From Amphiscolops sp. MND2022 (lineage: Eukaryota): a stretch of DNA of 64,000 bases. Position 1 is the first letter of the stretch; each line of letters starts with the position of its first letter. Positions 51,701-60,700 of this stretch are shown here, piece after piece. Below the pieces are notes generated by a model, which was not told the DNA's origin, did not search any database, and saw only the letters and a program-made list of their open reading frames with translations. The DNA lies in the NCBI GenBank assembly GCA_964187785.1, contig OZ076409.1, positions 31,374,001-31,438,000 on the forward strand, read 5' to 3'. The translations under genes were made by a program, and so were the position numbers.

Positions 51701-54700
51701 AGTATTGGGCTCAGAGAGGTATGCGTCTGTTGAAATTGATTTTGCCCTTCGTACTAATTCATTTGGAAACCTTCCATGGAATCGAACAGTACCCTAAATT
51801 CAATCACTCCTGAAGAGTACATTTAGAAGAGTCCACTTACGAAGAGTAAAATACAAAAGAATTCGCCATACGCACGTGAGAGGCAACAACAATTTTACTT
51901 TCAAAGTTTGGCGAACCTTCTCAAATTAATTTTAATCCCATTGAAGATAAAACTTCAAAACTATCAATACAGCCAAGGAGTTACCACAAGCCTATAGTTG
52001 CACAGTTGAACTTGAATTCACTATACCATTCGAGAGACTCAAGCACATCGAACAACGTGGAGACAAAATAATCGAACAAAAACATATCTGATCAAGGTTT
52101 GTCAAATTTACTAGAATCTGGCGTGACAAGTGGAAAGTTGAATGGTCGAGACAAATTTTTAAAAAGATTGAAGATTCCGACCGAACTACGACTGCCGAAA
52201 CCAATCAAACTAATAATTAAGATCAGCAAGACACGGGAGTAAGTGTTGAAGAGTTTCCCCCAGCAATGCAAGTCAATACGAAACAATTGCCAAAAATTCT
52301 CACCTTGGTTGAAGTTCTCAGAATTCCACAATTTCTGTTGGCAAACACTTACGCGAGGCACACTACCAATCAAAATCAGCATCAAATTCGCTTAGCGAGC
52401 GGAGCGTCTCCCCCCAAAAAAGTAAAAACTCGAGACAGGGTAACAGCAGTCAGTGGTTGACAAATTTTTAGAATGAAAAGGTGGTTTTGTGGATCTTGTA
52501 AAACTCCTCTGGGTAGAGCATCCAAATCATCTCCCTCACTTTGGTGTCATATCTGCGGTTGTTTACATTTCAAATGCAGCGACCTCGAGAACAGCAGGGA
52601 AGTTAACAACTTTTTGTGCTATAAGTGTGATCGAAGCAGAATTCTACTCAATGACGAAACTGATCGAGATTATGCTACTTCCTTCACGAAAATTCAGGAA
52701 ATTTATAGAAATCCTCGGAGCAAAGAGGCTTTCTTTAAGCAGACGCAACTTGGTAACAACATCCCACTGCTCTCCAAAAATTGTAGATCGATACCTAAAT
52801 TCGAGCGAAACGTACACAAACTTCAAACTAACCAGTAAACGTTTCTTGCGGTAGAAAGTTGTCAGTTTAGGCTAGATTAAATTTGGTCAATTGATGCAGA
52901 AACTCGCAGCTAACAACAGCGGAATCAAGTATCTGTTTGTGGCAGTGGACGCCCTAAGCCGTTATTTATGGGAAGAGCCTTTCAAAGTTATAACATCTCA
53001 AGCTTGTGAGGAAGCTCTGATGACGATCATTGCCAAGAACGGAAAACCATCAGTGCCCAAAATATGCAGTGCAAAGCATCAGCCTGAGACGATATGGGTA
53101 GACAAGGGGCATTTTTCTGGAGAGTTTGCCAGTTTTTGTCTGTCAAAACATTTTGTAATTTGTTCCAGCAAAAGCAAAACAAAGTCTGCTCTGACGGAAA
53201 GGTTTCGATCTCTTGAATACTTGATCTTCCAGTACATATACTTACATTGATGAAATTGATCAGTTTGTATCAATCATCAACTGTCGCGTGAACCGCATGA
53301 CAACGTTGGCTTCCGATTCAATATCTAATAAAGACGTGCCCTACTCAGTATCGCTTTGTCACATCAATATTCTGCGGCAACCAAAATTCGATATTGGTCA
53401 TCAAGTTCGAATTCAACGCAAATTTTTACATTTCATCGGGGCTAAAAATTTCACTTGCAAGAGTTGTTCACTTGCAACCCTCCCACTTACACTGTCAAGG
53501 ATAGAAATAACTAAAGTACTCAGGGCAAGTTTTATCAACTCGAACTCGTAAAGTTTGTGGTAGCATCCTAATCTGAAACGAAATGGAGACATGAACGGAG
53601 CAAGCAGCCGAGGCGCCAATTGTTTACAATGCTAATTTTCATGACGCTGTTACCAATAGCAATTTCCTTGCCTGGCGATTGGCAAGTGCCACTGGTTGAA
53701 ATTGTTTGGTCGGCAATGATGTAAAATGATACTGTTGGAGAGTTTACAGTCTCGAAAAAAGTGGCGGCATTGCCAGTTGAAAAAAATCCGAGGCATCATC
53801 AACACGGTTTGATTTCGATGGCGGCCCCTTCTGCATTACCCAATTACCAAATTACAGTGAACCTGTAACGCTTTATCTCAAGCCCGGTTGTTACCCATTG
53901 GTGGACTCAATAATGAAAGCCATCATGAAAGCTGCTGTGGGCAAGAAAGAAAGCAAATTGAGTGAGAATCCCGGACGAATGACTCTATGCTGTCTTGGAA
54001 AACTGATACTGTAACTATAAGGTTGAATGTCAAGTCGAGCGGCGTTGATGAAAACGAGGCATTTAAAACTATGACAGATAATTAAAAACATTTTGGTCAC
54101 CGATGTAGTCATCGATTGTCAATCACAAAATCGTCACGAAAATGAAGCTCCTTGCCGAACTTCTTCAGGAATTGCCGGCCGAAGTGTGAAACAAGTCGGA
54201 TGTTGGCCCGTCGATCTGAATACCGGTAGTCAGACAATCTTTCTCTATTGTGATCTTGTACAAAACGAGCCGCTGGGCAACACGGAGACGGCAATCCTGA
54301 GATCCATCATCCCGAGAGTGAGTATCACTTTGGCGCAAACTACGAGTGAGGTGAACCACAAGAGCTTCACGAACTTGCAGTTAAACCGAAATGGCAAACT
54401 CCATTTTCAGTCCATCAGTCGAACTCTCGCCATTGACATCGGCTAAAAGCTGAGCCGCCTTTTTGAGCCGCGGACGCACCAATATTAAACCGCGTCATTC
54501 GGTCTTCAACTTCTGAAAGGTTCAGTTTGTTGTCATTTTCAAAATTGGCCTGCTTTCACAATGGATGCTCACTATGATTCACAAATTAAATCAGTCGGTT
54601 TTGACAGGTAAAAAAGAAGCCCAATCGAAAACTTTCAGGTAGTGTCGCGAGAAAGACTGTTGCAAAAAGAATGAGTAAAAGCTTGCCGGCGGGCGTCGCA

Positions 54701-57700
54701 CTTCGCCCGGGCGGCGGCGAGCGGAAACCCGAGGCGGCGAATGAAAGCGTGGGCGGCGGCAAACGGCCAGGGACATGATTAGTCAATAGGAAACGAAATA
54801 GTTCGATCAGCATTTCACGGAATACAGCCGCCAAAAGGAGTTGGTCCAATATTTTGTCTGAAATTTCCATTCCAATTACAAACTCAGCAAGCTGACGTCC
54901 GTCAACAATTTATTTGTTGGCAGTACAGCCGCCTTTGCGAGGCCTGTGACACAGTGCGTTGGACTTTTCGCGAAGCCAGGTGTTATGATCAACTTTGAAG
55001 GCGCCTACGATCAAGAAGTTTTTCCACGCGTGGTTTGCCGTGGACCTCAATCGGACTTCTTTGTTGCCGCGGAAGCAAAAAGCCTAACCATGTGATTTTG
55101 ACGTTTTCTCGAACCACACATTTCACACTTTTCTCACGTGCCGAACTTTACAGCTGAATGAAAAATGAGTTCTCAGCAGTTATTGTCACTTGCATTCTCA
55201 TTTTGCGGAAACTGAACTTTCCAACTGACACAGATAACAAAGACTCATTGGCCGAATGCCAGAGTTATCACTATTTAACCGAATTCCGTGGAAAAGAGCG
55301 AATGTTCAACAAGCTCGCGGCCAGCTTTGCAAAAACCAAAGAGTGCAAAGTTCAGCTCTGTGGTGCTCTTCACCTTGACTTTTTGGGACTTTGACCCAAC
55401 GCAGACTATAGCACTGGGATTTTTTAAGACCAACGACGTGACCAATGACGATTTAAAACCAACGACGTGACCAATGACGATTTAAGACCAATGACAATTT
55501 AATAAGCTTTATAAGCTGAAGCTGTTGCTTCCACTAACTGACACACTATGTAACTTCTACTGCCACTTGGTATAGAGGTCAATTAAGATTTTTTCTTAAG
55601 GTCTGCCAAACAGAAGGACGCGGCTTCGAGTCTCACCCTTGACCAAATGTTTTTTGTGCATGTTATTTCGGCTTTTTGAGACTTTTTTCGCAAATTTTTA
55701 AATGTCTCCTAAGGCCTTTCTTCAATTTCTTATATTTTGCAACAGAATGGAAATTCACAAAATTACAAAGGCCCCCCTTTCACATTTTTCGGCACTATGC
55801 GACTTACCGCGAACTTCAAAATAACTTTCGAAAATTTTTTTTCTCTTTCGGGTACTGTGGAGGAGAATACTTGACACTTTGAACTGTTGATTTTTTCAAT
55901 CATAGATATGGCGCCGACTTGGGCCGTTCCCGGCTTTTTACTTCCAGTTGCAACTCTACATGCGTCCATATCGATTTCCAAACAACACTCTTCTCCATTT
56001 GTAAAGCACTGATGAGGAGGCCCAGATTTTTTTACTGTAAAATGCTTCCAGTTGTTAAAAAAGCCTCTCTCTTAAGTTTAAGCAAAAGTTTCATCATTCA
56101 AGCTGGACAAAATTGTTCCATAATGAAGAATCTTTTTGGGACAGAGCCCATTCGGCGTCTTTGTGCATGGTAAGAAATCCTTTTCCGGAGTACTCCACTC
56201 ACTGAAACTCATTCGCCTATCAAACGTTCAACTTGCAGCGGGTTGAATTTGAGCTGGGAAATGGGGTTCTGCTCGTAGGAACTCCCCTGGCACAAACAAT
56301 GTGAGGTTTATTGACAATACGATAACAGCTCTCAGCTTCAAGGGGAAAACAACGGAATCAAAAGTGAGGAATACGAGGACACCCATTTTTTCCTTGTCTT
56401 TGACTTCAACAGAGGCTAGCGAAAATTTTACACTTTCCCGGACTCACCGGTTCCACCCGAAGTCACTATAGATTCAGCATTAACAAGAAAAACAGGCACT
56501 ACGATGGATAGTGCAATTCTAAAACACATGATTCTCCGCAAATCCATACTGAGCGTAGCCTTTGCGGTAATTTGGTCAGCAGACAATTTGAATTTGCAAC
56601 CAGTAACTACTGAACTGACCACAAACTTTCTTGCGAGTGAACGATTGGTTTGGTTTCAAATTGTAAATACTTCACCCCGAAATTCACATAGGTCGAACTG
56701 GTTGCTTCTCGGCGCTACTATAGCGCAGGAACAAAAGAAAATGCAGGTGTTCGTCTGGCACTGTTTGGTTCAAGCAGCGTCTGTCTACTCAACGATTTTC
56801 AATCGCCTGAATCTTTTGCATGGAAAAATGGGATATCGACAAGTTGCACTCAAACTTCAAAATGCTAGTTCCAGAATGAGTGGTCTGTATTGTATTTTCG
56901 ATTCACTATATAGCAAAGGAACCCTACGAATTGTCTCAAAGAGTTGAAAACCCGAAATAATGTAGTGAAATTGAAATAATCCATTTCATAAGTGATGAAT
57001 ACAAAACTTTATTCAGATATACTGTTTTTAGTATAAATAAACTTTCATAGGAACCTTCTTCTCACTTAGATACGAATAAGTCACGCAATGTGTGGGTCGT
57101 TTTTATCGCTTCTGAGAGGATAGTCTACAATGTGTATTTTACAACGACTTTGATTGTCAAATTTTCTCGAGGGAAGCTGCTCATTGGCTTCAATACAATC
57201 GTAGCCACTTGAATCTTGGGCCTCGTGGTTGACAAACGGTGGTCAAAATCTCACAGTCGGTAGATTCGTCTATTGTCGGACCAGCGGAACCTGCTAGAAT
57301 TTTTTGAAAGTTTTGCAATTGGGCCAAATTATGAAATTGAGAAAACTATCCTCAGAGAGAGATGAAGGTGTTTTGTAATGACCATAGGCGATAGAATTGA
57401 TTCCATCATCCAGGATGTTCCGCGTGTCGTCACAGGAGCTGAGAGCTATTTTGTGCACTGAGTTTTACCACAATTTGATGATTGAAGGAACGAAGTTGAG
57501 TCATTCTCTTAGTGATATTCTTTTTCGATAGAAAGCCTTGTTTGAGAATATCGTTGTGAAGAGTCTTTTCAATCATTTTGGAGACGCCCTTTGCACACTG
57601 CATTTTACCTCCAATAGAATATATACTATAAAATTTGGACGTCAAATTTTGCCACGCGAATAATTTTGCTCTGCAGTTCATTTGTCATTGTCAAGGGTTT

Positions 57701-60700
57701 GTTCGTAGGATCATACAAAAAAAGGAAAAGTAGCCACGAACGTGAATGAAATTAGACTGCAACATTTTGCCGAACTGTCAAGACTCTGAGGCATGAATTG
57801 TAAGCTGTCGTGAAACGAGAAATCTGAGCGAATGATAGTGACACTACGATTCCGTTTGTCTCTGAAACTCCCAACGGGTACGGGCATACTAACAGAAGTG
57901 TAGGTTTCCTTGGTCTTAGATTTGCGGAGGTTTTTCGCCTGGTTTAGTTGTAGGTTTTTAAAAATTTGGTGCGAATCATATCGAGAGAAATTGTGAAAGA
58001 GTTGGGAGAGAGTTTGTTGATCTTGCTCTGAGAACGCATTTTTAATGTACAACCATAAAGATTTCACCGGTTGAATGGCAATGATTCCGCGTTGAAGTAC
58101 ACTTTTTTCAAATCTCCAGATAAATGACTTTCCCGCGATTCTGAAAATCGGAGCCAGCGAAAAGTTTGCTTCTCATGATAACACCACACTGTCCATTCAC
58201 GCACAATATAAGGTAATTTTTCGATGCCATTCTGGCCCTGAGAAAAGGAATTTGTGACAAACCCATCATATTTGAAACCCAGAGAAAATTAAATTTAAAA
58301 CGAGAAAATTGAACCACTCATCTTTCATGTCAATTAGAACGGCTCCATGGGTACTGTCGTTCAATTTCACGCGTTTTGAATGTTTCGTCGGAGCTCGATT
58401 CCGACTGTGGCACATTGATCGCCTTCAAATCATCGCTCACCGTAAAATGACATTTCACAAATTCAGCAACTCGGTCTCGCCCGGGCAATAAAATTTCCAG
58501 AGAGGCATTGATATCACAAAACTTCAAATGCCTTTGCTTGTTTTGTTTTGCTACCGCCTGGTAACAATTGCGGCAAAAATGGCTCTTCGGGCCCGCTTCT
58601 CCTTTTTTGGGAGATCGTGTTAAATGGTAAATTCTTCTTCAGGCAATAGTGACTACGCTTTCACAAATTCAGCAACTCGGTCTCGCCCGGGCAATAAAAT
58701 TTCCAGAGAGGCATTGATTTCACAAAACTTCAAATGCCTTTGCTTGTTTTGTTTTGCTACCGGCTGGTAACAATAATTGCGGCAAAAACGGCTCTTCGGG
58801 CCCGCTTCTCCTTTTTTGGGAGATCGTGTTAAATGGTAAATTCTTCTTCAGGCAATAGTGACTACGCTTTCCATTGACAAGTCCTCAGCGACTTCACTTC
58901 CCGTTCCTTCAGTTGTAAATGTTGATGCGTTTGTTATCCTCAAGTTGGTAAACGTTGATCGAGCACTTATTTCTCATTTCAAATAAGCTTATTCCTGAAA
59001 GAGGCATCGGCATTTGCTTAGCGTCGAAATGCAGTTTTTCAATGTTTTTCAAATGATTCTTCAGTCTGATTGGAGATTCAACAAAAGACACCCCGGGAAC
59101 GGCGCAAGTCGGCGCCATATCTAATGCTCAAAATTAGCAAAATGACTAAAGTGTCACGTATTCTTTTCTACAGTACCCGAATGAGAAAAAGAACATCCGA
59201 AATTTTTCGAAAGTTTTTTGACGTCTCCGGTAAGTCGCATAGTGCCGATAACTCTGAAAGGGGGTCTTTGTAATTTTTTGAATGTCCATTCTGTTGCAAA
59301 ATATAAGAAATTGAAGAAGGGCCTTGGGAGACATTTCAAAATTTGTGAAAATGTCTCACAAAGCCGAGACTCGAACCCGCGTCCTTCTGTTTAGCAGACC
59401 TCAAAAAATCTTAATTAACCTCTATGACAAGTGGCAGTAAAAGTTACATAGTGTGTCAGTTAGTGGAAGCAACAGATTCAGCTTATAAAGCTTATAAAAT
59501 CTGTCACTTCGTTGTTCTTTGAAAAGCCAGTGCTTTACTATGAAGAGCGCCGACTGAAAATAACGCTGCTGCATCGCAATACAGAAAGCAAAAGCTATCA
59601 TTTTTCTTGACGATATCAGTAGGCTTCGTTTGAGATTTCGAAGGATTGGTCGAGTCTCAATTGGTGCCAGGTGAGGTTACAAAGCTGTTCTAATTCCCAT
59701 TCGGGAGAGTTTCTCGACAACCCAGCCTGAACCGCCAGTGGCAAACATTCAGCTGAGACATTAGCGTATCAACATGGCCCACGAATTCATCCATAGTCAT
59801 TTCAACTGACACCCTTACCATACTTGAATTGTAGTAAGCTTGAGTTGTTTCATCTAGGAAAGGCTTTCATGAGGCCAACGTCGGTTGAGAAGCCAATTCT
59901 AACGCTTCTCGCAACTTGCAGTTTTGAATTAATGAAAGCCAGTAATTCGTTCTTGAACGACACCAGGCAATTGAACGGATCATGGAACCCCGAATCTTCC
60001 ATTTTCAGTCGATGGATTTGAATGCAAGAATTGAACGCCTGAGTGGTAAACTCTACCGTTGCTGACGCCGACTGGGAAGTTGGTGCAGGTTGACTGTTTC
60101 CTCATGTTCGTTCGAGTTGTTAGTGAACCAAAGATAGTTGGACAAACTGAACATCGATGGCTTTCTTTCATATTATGCTGCGAGCGTAAATGCATCAGCA
60201 AAATTTCAGTTTGGGTGAATGCTATAAAAGAGGCCTCATTGGAATGAGTGATTTGGTGACGTTATTGGTATTGAGGTGTTTCGTTCTGAGATGATTAGTC
60301 AGGGCCCGTTGTGATACAAGAATTGCTCCGCATTTACGGCATGAATATATTTTAGACGAATGCCTTGTCTAGAATAGTTATCATAGTCTCATTCCACTCT
60401 TTTCATGGGCATGAATTTTCGAAATGGTGAACTAAACAAAGACACCTTTGATTGTGAACTGAATCAATAGTCAAACTTTTCATCTGGAATGAGACTGTGA
60501 TCCATGTTTTTTTCTTGGAATTTCATCCTGTTTTTTTTAAGTTTCAGGAATAAATCAGGAAAAAAGGTTTTCATTTTTCAATCAGAATAAAGTGTTTCAT
60601 TGAATTCTCAACCAATGTTCCAATTCTATTCAATTTTGTTCTTTTGGCTAATGTTTATAACAACTTTCGTGGATTGTCAGCAATCGGCAAAATTAGTTAA

